Counted from the first letter of the stretch, positions 1-13,190 are shown. The stretch: DNA of 64,000 bases from Takakia lepidozioides (GCA_030704615.1 CM060732.1:58218001-58282000); one strand, 5' to 3'. Translations and numbers: made by a program. The notes: generated from the letters alone by a model not told the origin.

Positions 1-348
1 TTCAGTGATGTCTGTCACTATGAAGAAAAGTGGTTTTTTGAAGGGTTTTCTAACAAACCCCACCACCCACCCCAATCACCCAGAAGTGTGAAACAAATCA
101 GGAGCAAGACTGGTTTAGGAGAAGGGGTGATGGTGCCTTGCAATGCAAGGCTGTTTTGTCCTTGTTTTAAAAAAAAAAACTTTCTGATATGGTCAAATCC
201 TGACAGATCCTTCCTTGTTGTAACAAGACAAGCCCTATCTCTCTCCCTCCCTCCGTTTTGTTGCGTCCAAACTGGTGGCGGGATCTATGGCCACAAGGCT
301 ATGGCAAAAACGTCTTATGAGTTCATTCTCTCTCCTCCCTCTCTGCAG

Positions 349-484
349 GAAGACAGAGCATGCGAATGAAAATTTCAGGAGGGCAAACTTCACATCAGCT
401 GACATGAGGGAGTCAAACTTCAGTGGAAGCACTTCAATGGTGCCTACCTTGAGAAAGCTGTTGCTTTCAGAACTAATTTTCATG
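349..484 (+). pseudogene. Isolated exon of a thylakoid lumenal pentapeptide-repeat protein (TL20.3/At1g12250-like), 1-bp frameshift
   Basis: AG acceptor at 347-348 and GT donor at 485. Reads HANENFRRANFTSADMRESNFSGST, then in the shifted frame FNGAYLEKAVAFRTNF, matching the remembered TL20.3 sequence. No other exons are visible. Confidence 0.7.
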
Positions 485-934
485 GTACATGTCGTCACAT
501 AACTTGTATCTATCATTTTATGTGCACTAATGATATACAAGTGCAGAATAAACATTAACCCACCCTTCTATCTGTCTTCTCTCAACAAAGTTAGGCATAA
601 AACTTTCCTGAACTTGTTTCCAGAATGTGACATGGGTGAGGACTGTAAGGATGATCTGAAGGGCCTACCTACCGTCGGCACTAGACTCAAACCCAGGGCA
701 GGGAGTTTTTGAGCAGTAAACAAAATGGAGAGAGGTAAGAGAGATTGTCAATGCCGGGTATGCAGGCGGCCTGAAGACAATATCCATTTCTTGATACAAT
801 ATCCGGGGTACTCTCATCAGAGAGTGACCCTCTTCAGGACCATCAAGAACATTGTCCATGCACCTCTATTCACCAACTAAAATCTCGAGGCCGAGCCTAA
901 AGCCCTGGCCCTGTTGTGGTCTAATTGGTGGGTA

Positions 935-1136
935 GCTCACACACAGGAGATTGATGCGCTAGTGAAGGGCTTTCTAGAGAAGATCTGGAAAGCCCAAACT
1001 AATTGTTTATATGAGTAAGTCCCACTACTGGAGTAAGACCCTCACAAAGGTAGTGACTGTTCCATCTTGTTCTGCCCAACTGGGCGTGGGGTCTATGGCC
1101 ACAAGGCTACAACACACATCATCTTGTGAGTACATC
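935..1136 (+). mobile_element. Probable 3' end of a non-LTR retrotransposon; terminal ~70-100 bp recurs at ~255-326 and ~40457-40557
   Basis: Shared core (CTGGGCGTGGGG)nCTATGGCCACAAGGCTA...TCTT(A/G)TGAGT in three places. The copy at ~1040 follows an ORF end (EIDALVKGFLEKIWKAQTNCLYE*) resembling a LINE ORF2 C-terminus. Confidence 0.45.
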
Positions 1137-1944
1137 AAACATAGAAGAATGAAACCACTCAGCTGGCTTGTAAACTGAGATTGATCCAAGTCAAGACGGG
1201 TCTTCGGAACCCTCTGATATCAGATTCCAAGGGTAGATTACTTCCGTAAAATACTTCCTTCCAGGAAACATGAGGCTGTCGTCAAGTGTTGTACCATTCG
1301 TCCTAGGGAGTGGCTGCCTCATGCCATAGGTGATTTCCATCATCTATCCAATGTACTCTGTGGCAAAACTTACACATATAGCTTAGAGACCCATGAAAGG
1401 TGAAGGACCCTCACCTGCACCCGTCCCAAAAACCACCACATCCAACAGAATGCATGTTAGTGAGGATGTGCAAGGTGAGTAGCAGGTCTTCACGCTTGCT
1501 ATTGCTGTCCAACATGCAGATCTAAGCAAGTGAAAGATTGCAAGAGTAACATTAAAGGTGTGACATTGCACAGAACCTTGAAAAGTTTGAGGCAGGCCAG
1601 TTTGCGACGTTGCGCATATCCGTTCACGCAACAAGTAATTGCAAAGCACATGTAAGGGCTGAGTGAACTTCATGTTTGTCTTGGTGTCTCTCATTGTCTG
1701 TTTGCTATTTCTTCCTTTTAGAGCTTACTATGCATGGCAACCACAGTAGTGGCTGGTGAGGTCAAGACTAGCTGCTTCCATCTCCTCATTCTGAGCTTGA
1801 TCTTTACTTCAGTTACATCAAGTACAAAAGTGACATCAGGAGGCAAGTACAAAGTGACAATCAAGAGAATAAAATTGGGTCACATAATGGATCACACATG
1901 ATACAAAATGATAGACCTAAGGAGAAAGAAAATGTATGAGATAT

Positions 1945-2122
1945 TCAAGATGACCACTGGGGCTGGCTCCAGGGAAGAGGAGTCGTCCTGGCACAAAGTT
2001 TGGCAGATGTGAAACGGGCCATTGAGGGGTATCCTGGTTCAAATTTGCTGGCACAAAAGTACCTGACAAAGACAATGCTGATAAATGGTTACAATTTTGA
2101 CCTGCGCATTTATGTACTTATT
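1945..2122 (+). pseudogene. Tubulin-tyrosine-ligase-like (TTLL) gene fragment
   Basis: QGRGVVLAQSLADV...LLAQKYLTKTMLINGYNFDLRIYVLI matches the TTL motifs (GxGI; QxY...KFDLRxYVL). Similarity stops abruptly at ~2122. Confidence 0.7.
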
Positions 2123-2811
2123 CCATGGAGACAGAACTTTGGTGCAGATCGCAAACCTGCTGATGGGTTGGGGAGTTTGCAGGGTGCTTTGCGCGCTTTG
2201 TCTTTGCTGGGGCTTCTTTCGTCGTTTCCATCTTTGACTCCGAGCTGGTCTCATTCAAATCTTCATGTGCGGCATAATCTTGGTCTCGCTGCAGTTCTTG
2301 CTCTCGTGCCTCCTCTGCGTCTGACTCCGCTTGAACTTGCGCTTCCTCCTCTTGCTCTACCTCTTTCTCCCGTTGTGACATTGCAGAGTGCAGGAGTTGA
2401 ACTCTGTGACTTCGGCGAGGAGGACTTGTGTGTTTGAGGATTTCCTCAACGAGGCGTTTAGGGCGACTCAAGCTCTCTTTGACGCTGCAAAGAAGAAGAA
2501 AGACAAAGTCAGCAGTTGCAAAACCCTAACATATCCTCTCTGCAGGTTTGGAGCTTTTAATGCGGTTTCATGGCTAGGGCTAGGTAGGGGATATGAAAAA
2601 AACGGAAGTTCGGACCTCTTTGCAATGTCATAGATCTTGAGCCGCGCGAAGAATGCCTTGTTCTCCGCTTGACGCTTTGCTCGTTCTACCTCCCTCGCTG
2701 TAGGCTTGCGCCCTAGTGTAACTTCTGGACACTCTATTTGGGTCTCCATTTTCCGACAAGTCTCGCTCACTCGCCAAGATGATCCCTCCTACTGCCCGTC
2801 GATTGCAAAAC

Positions 2812-5800
2812 ATGACGATGACAGACTGTGGAAACTAGAGGAAGCGCGAGCAAGAAGACTGGGTCTTCGGAAAATTCTATGTCGATGCAATGCCTGTCAT
2901 GGTGGGAACTGGCAAACCATTGGCTGGGCTAAGCGTCATCTGCTTCTGAACTTGCGAGATCCTAACTTACGAGAATAAGGTGTAGAGTATTGTATATGCC
3001 CGTTTTCCTATTGCCACGTGGCTGTAAAATGGCACGTTCCACATCCATTATTGCAAATGAAAAAACTCTCCATCTTATAGTGGACTGACATGTGGCATCT
3101 GATATGTACTAAGCAGGAAAACTCTGGAGACGAACATGAGGGGTTTAGGACGGAAACCAGCCCTGCAGGTGGTCCTGATACCTTGGATCGTAATCTTGGC
3201 ATGCTTAGAATGCTTCGGGAAACATTCGCAACTATAGATAATGGGGTGCAAACTGGTGATGCACATGAGGAAACGGGAGATGGAACACAGGGCCAATGGG
3301 ACATAGATGGAGTGCCAGAGCAAACTGATGGTGGACTGCAAAGCGATGGTGATCGTGGTGCAGTGAGTGCCTTACGTTTTGAGCACGAGGCATCCAGGGC
3401 TTTATATGTAGGGAGTTCTTCCTCTCGATTGTCTGCTACCTTACTGCTGTTAAATTCTTGTCAAACCCATGGTGTGTCAAACACCTTTGTCGATGAACTC
3501 CTTACATTGTTAGGAAGACAACTGTTGCCAGCAGACAATTGCCTGCCAAAGTCCCACTATGAGGCAAAACAACTCATAATGGAACTCGGGCTTCATTACG
3601 AGAGTATACATGCATGTCCGAAAGGCTGTGTGTTGTTCAGGAGCTTCAGAATTTGGAGGTTTGTCCAAAATGTCAGGCATGTCGTTATGTGGTGGGTACG
3701 AAGACACTAGTACCTCGTAAGGTCCTTCGACATTTCCCTATCATTCCAAGGTGCTTCGAATGTATAAAGCCAAGTCCATCTCAGAGTTAATGTCATGGCA
3801 CTTTAAGAATCGAAGTCAGGATGGCTTGGTTAGGCACCTAGCAGACAGCAAGGCTTGGGCCCACATTGACCAAAAATGGCCTGAGTTTACAGCGGACCCC
3901 AGAAATTTGCGATTGGGTCTCGCATGAGATGGTGTCAATCCTCACACTGATAAATCAAACAAATGGTCAACATGGCCTGTCATGTTGGTGAACTATAATC
4001 TTCCACCCTGGCTCTGTACTAAGCCATTTTTCACGATGTTGGCTTTATTGATTCCTGGACCACAATCTGTGGGAAATGACAATGCAGATGTTTATCTGCA
4101 GCCCCTTGTGGATGAGCTGAAATTGTTGTGGGAAGTTGGTGTGGAGGCATTGGATGGAAGCAGACCAGTGGGGCAACAGTCATTTCGCATGAGGGCCATC
4201 ATGATGTGGTCAATCCACAACTTTCCAGCTTATGGGTTGCTAGCAGGATGCGCACACGGGGGATACAAGGCCTGCCCAGCTTGCGGCCCTAATGTTGATT
4301 CCAGGTACTCCAAGGCATGCAAAAAAAATTTGTATCTTGGTCAAAGGAGATACTTGCCTGCTGTTCATCCCTACAGGAATAACTCATCCCACTTTAATGG
4401 ACATGTGGAACATAGAGAAGCTCCTATGGTGGTCACTGCAAGTGAGCAATTTGACCGGGTTACAGCCAAAGAGTTGTATCTCGCAATGGGAGGGGCTGAG
4501 GGGGGAAAACAAGACCCTTCAAAGGAACATGGCATGAAACGGGTCACTGTTTTGAACCAATTGCCATACTGGAAAGACTTACTCATCCGATACACACTGG
4601 ATGTGATGCATTGTGAAAAAAATTTGTGTGAGAATGTGCTAAGAACCATTCTTGGGGAGAAGGACACAGCCACATCTAGGAAGGATATGGAACTAAATGT
4701 CATTCGTGAACACTTGTGGTTGAGACCCCATCCCTCTCAACCGAACAAGTTGGTGAAGCCTTTGGCCCCATATGTTCTTACTGAAGATGAGAAGGTGCTG
4801 TTTTTGGAAACGTTGGCTGCAGTAAAGGCCCCCACAGGTTATGCTGCCACATTCCAGAAACATGTGGCTGACAATAAACTGTCTACGATGAAAACCCATG
4901 ACTACCATGTAATGATGCAGCAGATTTTACCTCTTTGCATTCGAGGGGTATTGGGAAAGGGTCCACGGATGGCAATTATGAGGCTTTCTCGAGTCTTCCA
5001 AAAAGTGTGTGCGAAGACCATTAATCCAGCTGAGCTACCGGCATTAAAAGAAGATGTTGCAATCACTATATGTCTGCTGGAGAAAGAATTCCCTCCATCA
5101 TTTTTTGATGTCATGACTCACTTGCTTGTACACCTTTGTGGATGAATTGGAGGTGTGTGGTCCTGTGTCTAGCCGTTGGATGTATCCTATGGAACGGTAT
5201 ATGAAGACATTAAAAGGCTATGTAAGGAATATGAGCCGACCTGAAGGGAGCATGGCGGAAGGGTATGCTTTGGATGAGGCCCTAGGGTTTCTAACTGAGT
5301 ATATGGCTGAATTTCATGCTACAAGCCGAAGGGTGTGGGACTCCAATGAAGAAGACTCAGTTAGTGGGGAGGTGGTTCAAGGATTGGGAAGTGTACGAGT
5401 CCTCACCATTCAAGAATGAGACAGTGCACACAATTATGTTTTGCACAACACAGATTGCATGAAACCATTCCTTGAGTATGTTGCTTATCATATCATGTGT
5501 GTTTCATTTCTGCCAATGGTATAAGCTGTAATCCTAATTTGCAATTCTCATTTGGACAGGGCCTATGAAGAGGAGATGGCACTCATAGAAGCATCCCGCA
5601 CTGAGTTCAGAACAACATTCCTTTGTGGACAAGACCAGGACCACCACAATGGAGAAATTCCATACCCAACAGATATGCGCTTACTGGCTTCATTCCATGA
5701 ATGGATTGAAGGTGCTATCCAACGCAAGGTGAGTTCAGGTGAGTCCTATGATTTGGACATATGCCATTTATGTATACCACCAGCAGTATAGTCCTTGGGC

Positions 5801-6451
5801 TTCAAGTCCATGTATGCTTACGGAAATCACTTTCGAGCAATACGTGATGGGACTGGCACCACAGACACGGTGACATTTGATTCTGGAGTTGCTCAAGTAT
5901 TCCATCAAGAAAGCGAAAACAGAGCAGGTATGTCCAGACGAGTGTTATCCCAACTGGAATATGTGGGTGTTGTAAGAGAAATAATTCAACTGGATTACGG
6001 AATTCTTCACCCAATTCTGTTCTTGTGTAGATGGGTGAGGTCACACATGGTGGGCCGGAATGCCACCATGAAACGAGATGATTATGGCTTTCTCTTGGTT
6101 GACTTCAGTCGCATGTTACCTCAGATGGAGCAGCCCTGGACATTCCCTAGTCAGGTGGAGCAAGTTTTTTTCTCGGATGAAAAAAGTTCACGAGGGAACT
6201 GGAAGATGGTCCTTCACAAGGACCCTCGACCCCGACGAGTGGTTCACGATATTTCAGAAGTGGCACTGGGTGAGGGAGACACTTATGTAGGCATGGTGCC
6301 TCCTGAAATTCCTCATAACATCATGACTGAGCCTACTGTTTGTGTTCCTTTGAGTGAGGCAGATGAATTGGCCATTGCCAACTTGAATGCACCTGCAAGG
6401 CAGAGGCGAAATGGTAGAAGGCGGAGGCAAGCTCCACATGGGAGGTACTAG
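2812..6451 (+). mobile_element. CACTA/En-Spm transposase (Transpos_assoc, Transposase_21, DUF4218, DUF4216), disrupted
   Basis: ILCRCNAC..HL; LGLHYESIHACPKGCVLF; YNLPPWLC...ALLIPGP...DVYLQPLVDELKLLW; LDVMHCEKN; MKTHDYH; FFDVMTHLLVHL; GPV..RWMYPMERYMKTLKGYVRNMSRPEGSMAEGY; LFLCRW...DDYGFLLVD..QVEQVFF. Stops and frameshifts lie between the ORFs. Confidence 0.93.
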
Positions 6452-6917
6452 GCCAGTTGTGCTATGGTCTAGAGTTGGTTTCTGCTATTACATGTATTTT
6501 TCCAGGGTTTAGACTTGATACAGCATGGTACCTTGCATGGGTGGGAGTGACTAAGCTATTGGGGTGGGCAGAATTCTGACAAACACACTTTCATTTGTGA
6601 CAGTGAACCCTAAACAGTCATGAAGCTGTGGCATGAATACTTTTCTGACCCTAGTCAATGGTGGCCCAATTGTGGCAAAAATGTGAATGCCTGTTGGATT
6701 ACAGAGAGTAGCAGATGCAATTGAGCATAGGAACTAGTGTGAGAAGTTGAGTTGGGTGTTTCCTAGAACAAATGTAGGCTGTTATTGTCAGCTGCTACTA
6801 GCAAGGCAAGGATGTATGCATGATTTGTGCAGAGGCATGGATAGCTGAAGGAGCAGGGATAGAGTGTGGGTCCAAATTCATCCAAGACGGCCACATTTCA
6901 AGCACAACATTGCCTGT

Positions 6918-8283
6918 GAAAAGGGAAGATCAGGTCCATGATTTCATTGTCAAAGCTGGAATTGTACCTGATGTGATTCTGAACAACGCCCTCGTGGACA
7001 TGTATGCCAAATGTGGGAGCATCAAGGGCAAGCCTGGCAGCTCTGGGAACGGGAAGATCCGGTCCATGGTTTCATTGTCAAAGCTGGAATTGTACCTGAT
7101 GTGATTATGAACAATGCCCTCGTGGACATGTATGCCAAATGTGGGAGCATCAAGGGCAAGCCTGGCAGCTCTGGAAAAAGGGAAGAGGTCCATGGTTTCA
7201 TTGTCAAAACTGGAATTGTACCTGATGTGATTATGAACAATGCCCTCGTGGACATGTATGCCAAATGTGGGAGCATCAAGGGCAAGCCTGGCAGCTCTGG
7301 AAAATGGGAAGATCCGGTCCATGGTTTCATTGTCAAAGCTGGAATTGTACCTGATGTGATTATGAACAATGCCCTCGTGGACATGTATGCCAAATGTGGG
7401 AGCATCAAGGGCAAGCCTGGCAGCTCTGGAAAAAGGGAAGAGGTCCATGGCTTCATTGTCAAAGCTGGAATTGTACGTGATGTGATTCTGAACAATGCCC
7501 TCGTGGACATGTATGCCAAATGTGGGAGCATCAAGGGCAAGCCTGGCAGCTCTGGAAAAAGGGAAGAGGGCCATGGCTTCATTGTCAAAGCTGGAATTGT
7601 ACGTGATGTGATTCTAAACAATGCCCTCGTGGACATGTATGCCAAATGTGGGAGCATCAAGGGCAAGCCTGGCAGCTCTGGAAAATGGGAAGAGGTCCAT
7701 GGTTTCATTGTCAAAGCTGGAATTGTACTTGATGTGATTTTGAACAATGCCCTCGTGGACATGTATGCCAAATGTGGGAGCATCAAGGGCAAGCCTGGCA
7801 GCTCTGGAAAAAGGGAAGAGGTCCATGGCTTCATTGTCAAAGCTGGAATTGTACGTGATGTGATTCTGAACAATGCCCTCGTGGACATGTATGCCAAATG
7901 TGGGAGCATCAAGGGCAAGCCTGGCAGCTCTGGAAAAAGGGAAGAGGTCCATGGCTTCATTGTCAAAGCTGGAATTGTACGTGATGTGATTCTGAACAAT
8001 GCCCTCGTGGACATGTATGCCAAATGTGGGAGCATCAAGGGCAAGCCTGGCAGCTCTGGAAAATGGGAAGAGGTCCATGGTTTCATTGTCAAATGCTCCC
8101 ACATTTGGCATACATGTCCACGAGGGCATTGTTCAAAATCACATCAGGTACAATTCCAGCTTTGACAATGAAGCCATGGACCTCTTTCCATTTTCCAAAG
8201 GTGCCAGACTTGCCCTTGATGCTCCCACATTTGGCATACATGTCCACAAGGGCATTGTTTAGAATCACATCAGGTACAATTCC
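6918..8283. repeat. Tandem array of a ~126-bp PPR-derived unit (9 full plus a partial copy) followed by an inverted ~1.5-unit copy
   Basis: Units start near 6922, 7051, 7179, 7306, 7434, 7561, 7687, 7813, 7939 and 8065. The ORF repeats EEVHGFIVKAGIVxDVILNNALVDMYAKCGSIKGKPGSSGK. Orientation flips at ~8092. Confidence 0.95.
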
Positions 8284-9324
8284 AAGCGAAGGGGAGAAAG
8301 TGAGGCCCTCAGCAGACGAGTTGAAAAGCACTAGTTAAAAAGCACTGGCGCTTGATAGGGTGGGGCAAAATTTAGGCTGGGGTGATCATTGATATCCCGG
8401 ATGCAGTGTAAAAAAGACGGTTGTGAGTGAAGTACATCCGTCAAAATAAAACCCCGTTGTCTCAAAAAGGGAGCCAGTCACAAAGAGCAAGGCACTTTGT
8501 CCAAGCTTCTCGACATCTAGCAACAATGTGGACAGGGAGGGAGTCATTGGGAACAATTTTTGTAAGGTGGCGAAGAAAACCTTGTCTGAGGATCACTGGA
8601 TATTTCTCTAGTACGGTTGGACTAGTAGAGATTGAAATCCGTGCTCAGCTCAGCTTTAGACTGTCTCATTGTGAGGGGTCATGGTTGACTGGACAGAAAT
8701 GGGATTGACATTGCCGGGCTCACAAATCTCTGAGACGACATGTGGTAGTTTTATCTATAACTTCTCAAAGCAATTGTTGTACATTGTTGATTATAGTGTG
8801 ACATTCTCATAACGATATTGTCGTCAGTTGCATGAGCAGTGCATCTTTTTGGATTGCTGGTTCCCGGAGGGATTATATGTCACAGGACAGAGGGCAAGTT
8901 ATAGCCAATAGTTGCAGGCAGTGTTCAATATTGAAGAGAATTCTATGCCCTTTCGGTTCTGCCGATCTCCTTCTCATTTTACTTGAGGTTGTCTATTTTG
9001 AGAGCTTTGATGTTTGGATGAAAATGCATTTTGGCATCAACTTAAAGGGATGGCTTGCACTGGTGGGCATTCAGATTCTAAACGAGCTGGCAAAGAAAAA
9101 CTACAAGTCCCACAGCCCTCTACATGCAGACCCCATAACCCTAATAACCTTTTTGAACTTTTTAAATTCTCTAAACAAAAGTCTATGTGTTATGTCCTCC
9201 AGGGCAATAGAGGTAGAAGTCATTTCATCCATCCATCTTCCACCTGGATGGTCAATGTGCCATAGTTGCCACAAATTCCTGTAGGACATCTCACACTCCA
9301 TGACTCATTTCACACTCATGTCAA

Positions 9325-10646
9325 ATGCCCCATATGAATTATCTTGGTCAACATCCGTTGACTGTATGGGTGTCATTTGAGTGTGAAATTTGTAACACCA
9401 TGTGGCTTTTCCGACAATGGTCTAGATCACACCTTGCCTCCTCTCACATGGGTGTAAGAGGAGCCGTTCAAAGTGCCAGGTGTGAACTATGGGTGGTGTT
9501 GGAAAAACCGGTTTCTCTAGTAGTGAAGGTCCGGGGATCCAACGAAGATGGCAAAGGCAGTGAACCAGTGCACAATGGGCTCGCCTCTCCAATCAAGGGA
9601 GCCCCATCTGGAAGGAGAGGAAAGGTTTGCAAACACAAGCTAAATACACCTCCAGGATCAGATGGGGATTCACATCGCCATGACAGAGACAACTTCTTTG
9701 TACCCAAGATTTCTCCACTACAAAGCATGGTGTCCAGTAGGAAAGAGGCTGTTGGTGCATCCTCTTCCACAGAGACCTGTCCTCTACTTGCAACCCCTGT
9801 AATTGTGGGTTTCCAGCCGGACCACAGGGGGGCAGTGCAGGAGTCACCTTGTGCTGACTCCGAATGGCACATCGAGCGAACTACTCCAGGGTCTAGAGTT
9901 GGCTGCACTGCAGTGAGGGCCATTAGCTATGAAAAGTGTAAGTCCGGGATAGCCAAAGGCTCAGCCGGTACTCCAGCTCCGACGTTCACAGGTTTGATTC
10001 GGCCATATATGTCAAAGGAGTCGAAGACGCACAAATTTTGGTTCTGCCCGGACGATATGGCTCGTTGTGTGAATGGTACCGTCCGCGACTCCAGCATTGC
10101 TAAGCCTCCCCCACCCACCATTTGGCCAGTGCGGCTGGGAACCTCCCTAACAGCACTGGAGATTGGCAAGTTGGAGGACGCCGGCTTTTGTCTGCACCGA
10201 TCTGTGGCGTCGAGTCTTGGTGGCCTTGCTGCTATGGTGCCTCCTCCAGACGATACTTCGCATCCCACGAGAAGGAATGGCATCGGGTGGCTTCACGATG
10301 AATCGGCCAGACTACTTCAGGCTCGAGTAACAGGAACTATGGAAGTACCTTCACCTGGGTATGGACGGGTTTATACTTTGGTCACATCTGGGTCTGTTTT
10401 GCACGACAGGGCCTATTGGGTGACGGTGGGGAATTTTCCGGGGTGTACCTGTCCCGACTTCGTGTGCATGCGTGATGAAGCTTTAGGATAGAGAGGGAAA
10501 TGGGTTCCCTGCAAGCATCTTTACTACATCTTTTTGCGCAGGATGTATTGTGATCCCAAAAGAGACCAAATCATTCACCAAGCGACATTTGGTCCTGGTG
10601 AGGTACAGACACTTTTGAAGCGAGACATTGGCAATATCGAGTAGTG
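9325..10646 (+). pseudogene. SWIM zinc-finger protein, probably transposon-associated, with an in-frame TAG at 10489-10491
   Basis: YWVTVGNFPGCTCPDF...ALG*RGKWVPCKHLYYIF gives the CxC...CxH SWIM signature when read through the stop. Confidence 0.65.
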
Positions 10647-10960
10647 TTGCATATGTTGCGATTTTGCGCAATGTCGGAAAGGGCTGCCTTGTTTGTAGAA
10701 CATGTATACTCAGTTCTTATATCTGGACAAGCAGACGATGTCTCGTTTTGAAAGGTAGTTTATTTTTTCATCGGGTTTGGTTAACGAGCCTCTAAAATTG
10801 AGTGCGTCAACGCACACCACTTCTGCCCCCACCCCCAATATTTCCCGGGCAAAAAAACAAAACAAAAAAATCTTTTTTTGGTTCGCGGATGGACAAGTGT
10901 CAGTATGAAAGCTCATTTTATTTTTTGACGGCCTCTACAGAAGCATTGCGTAAATGAGCT

Positions 10961-11960
10961 TCATGATGACCATCTGTTTTTTTTTCCACTTCTTCTTGAA
11001 TAACAGGCACCTGAACAAGTTTCACAATGACAGCTCATTTGTTTTCCACGTCCTCTATACAAACAAACCCTAAATAAGCATTCATGATGACCATATGATT
11101 TGTTTTTCACCTCTTCTTCAATAACAGAAACCTGAAAAAGATTGACAATGATAGAGCTCAAGTTTTTTTTTCACCTCTTCTTCACAAACAATCCCTAATT
11201 TATTCATGATGACCATCTGATTTTTTTTTCACCTCTTTTTCATCAACAGAAACCTGAACAAGATTTACAATGATAGAGCTCAATTTTTTTCACCTCTTCT
11301 TCACGAACAAACCCTAAATAAGCATTCATGATGACCATCTAATATTTTTTTCACCTCTTCTTCACAAAAAACCCTATATAAGCATTCATGATGACCATCT
11401 GATTTGTTTTTCACCTCTTGTTCAATAACAGAATTCTAAACAAGTTTCACAAGGATAGCTCAATGTTTTTTTTTACCTCTTCTTCACAAAGACACCCTAA
11501 ATAAGCAATCACAATGACCATGTGTTTTTTTTTCACCTCATCTTCAATAACACAAACCTGAACAAGTTCCACAATAAACCGCTCATTTTGTTACACATCT
11601 TCTTCACAAACAAAGCCTAAATAAGCTTGAAGATGGTCATCTGTCAAATTTTCACCTCATCTACATTAATAAAAACCATTGTCTGTTTCACAATGAGTGG
11701 TCATATTTTGGGGCTTGTTCTTGCCCATCCCCATTATTTTAATCCTCTCCTTCAATATTTCATCCATCCATCATCCATCCACCATGGATGAAATACTGGA
11801 AACGTCAGATAGCTTGACAATGAGCATCCAAACTTTTCTTGCCTCTTGTTCATGCAAGAATCCCTAAGTAAGATTCATGATGACTCACCCAGCCTTTTTT
11901 TTCACCTCTTCTTCAATAAGAAAACCTCAGTAAGTTTCACAATGACCATTCCATTTTTTC
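10961..11960. repeat. AT-rich degenerate tandem repeat with alternating ~60-bp subunits
   Basis: Recurrent TTTTTTTCACCTCTTCTTCA, AAACCCTAAATAAGCATTCATGATGACCATCTG and AAACCTGAACAAGTTTCACAATGA. Confidence 0.85.
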
Positions 11961-12183
11961 TATACCTCTTTTCTTAAGCGCTATAACTGCTTCCACGACA
12001 ATAGGACCCTCTCTAAACAGAGGACTCGGGTATGGGGCCTGCTTCTTCCTCCACTAAACCCCTGGGCTCACGCTTAGAGGGCAAAGCGTGAGCCGAGCTC
12101 CTGGGCTCACGCGGCTAGGCCCACGCCGTAGCTGCGCTCGGTCCAACCCACTTATTCACTTGTTGAATTGTAGTGGCAGGAAA

Positions 12184-12717
12184 GTGATGATCGGTGGCGA
12201 TCATCGCTTCCAAGTCAATTTCTATGGTCAATGTCTCATGCACTGAATGGCAGGCATGTTGTCTCTCAAGTGATGATCGGTGCCGACCATCACATTCATA
12301 CATCATGGATGTGTGTATCCCAGGTCTGTCATGTTGTGATGATCGGTACAGAACATTGCTTGCATCATCCTTGTCATTCCAAATGTGCGTTGATAGTTTA
12401 TGGTGTGTCATTTTCGATGGCAGATACTGATGATCGCCACCGATCATCACTATCAGTTGAATTTTAAGAAGACAACAGGGTGTCTGAAGTCTTCTTCCGA
12501 ACATGCAGAAAGTGATGATCGGTACCTATCATCACTATTCATTGACTGTCATTTTTAATATGAGTTCGGAAAACTTCTTGTGTGCAAAATGTGGATTGCG
12601 ATGGCCGCCACCGATCATCGCATACTGGTGAGATCTAAGTCAAAGTGCATTGGGAGACATAGTAAACTGTCAATTCATTTGTTAGAAGACAAAGTGCTGG
12701 TCGGTACCAATCATCAT
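12184..12717. repeat. Seven ~24-bp imperfect palindromes with unique spacers
   Basis: Consensus GTGATGATCGnnnnCGATCATCAC at 12184, 12270, 12336, 12427, 12512, 12598 and 12694. Confidence 0.85.
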
Positions 12718-12785
12718 TGTTTCAAAATGTCTGTTTCCAGAACACCAGTTGAATGTTGTTATTTTGGGTTTTGTGTATGCAGAAA

Positions 12786-13190
12786 AATGCAAAGTCTAAG
12801 CAGGGAGAGACAGTAGAGAAGGGCTCTGGAGAAGGGGACGACTCCACAAAAGAGTTATGAGAACAGCGAAGACACAGGTGATCCTGAATTGCACTACCTT
12901 GACAAGGTGAAAGAGCTTATGTCATATCAAAAGGTAAATTCCCAGGAGGTTATTAGGGACATGATCATATCTGGAGGACGCCTTGAAATCCCTCTATGCC
13001 GCATGATCTCCATGCCTGTTGTTTGTCCTCCACTATCGCATGACATTACCAAGTTGGAAACAGATTTCATGCATGGGTACAGAATGGGTGCACAAGTATT
13101 CTACGTCTCACTGAAGGAATATAAATGGTAACAGCACAAAAGTGAGCCCAGAGATAACGGACAACTGGGATGATTGATGGAAGGTTGTGA
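12786..13190 (+). pseudogene. Degenerate ORF fragment, possibly a ParB/sulfiredoxin-like N-terminal domain
   Basis: LEIPLCRMISMPVVCPPLSHDITKLETDFMHGY...VFYVS resembles the start of ParB-like folds. The assignment is from memory and is unverified. Confidence 0.3.

Noticed and set aside
12184-12717. CRISPR array
   Set aside because: Eukaryotic context, degenerate repeats with mixed orientation, irregular spacing and no cas genes.
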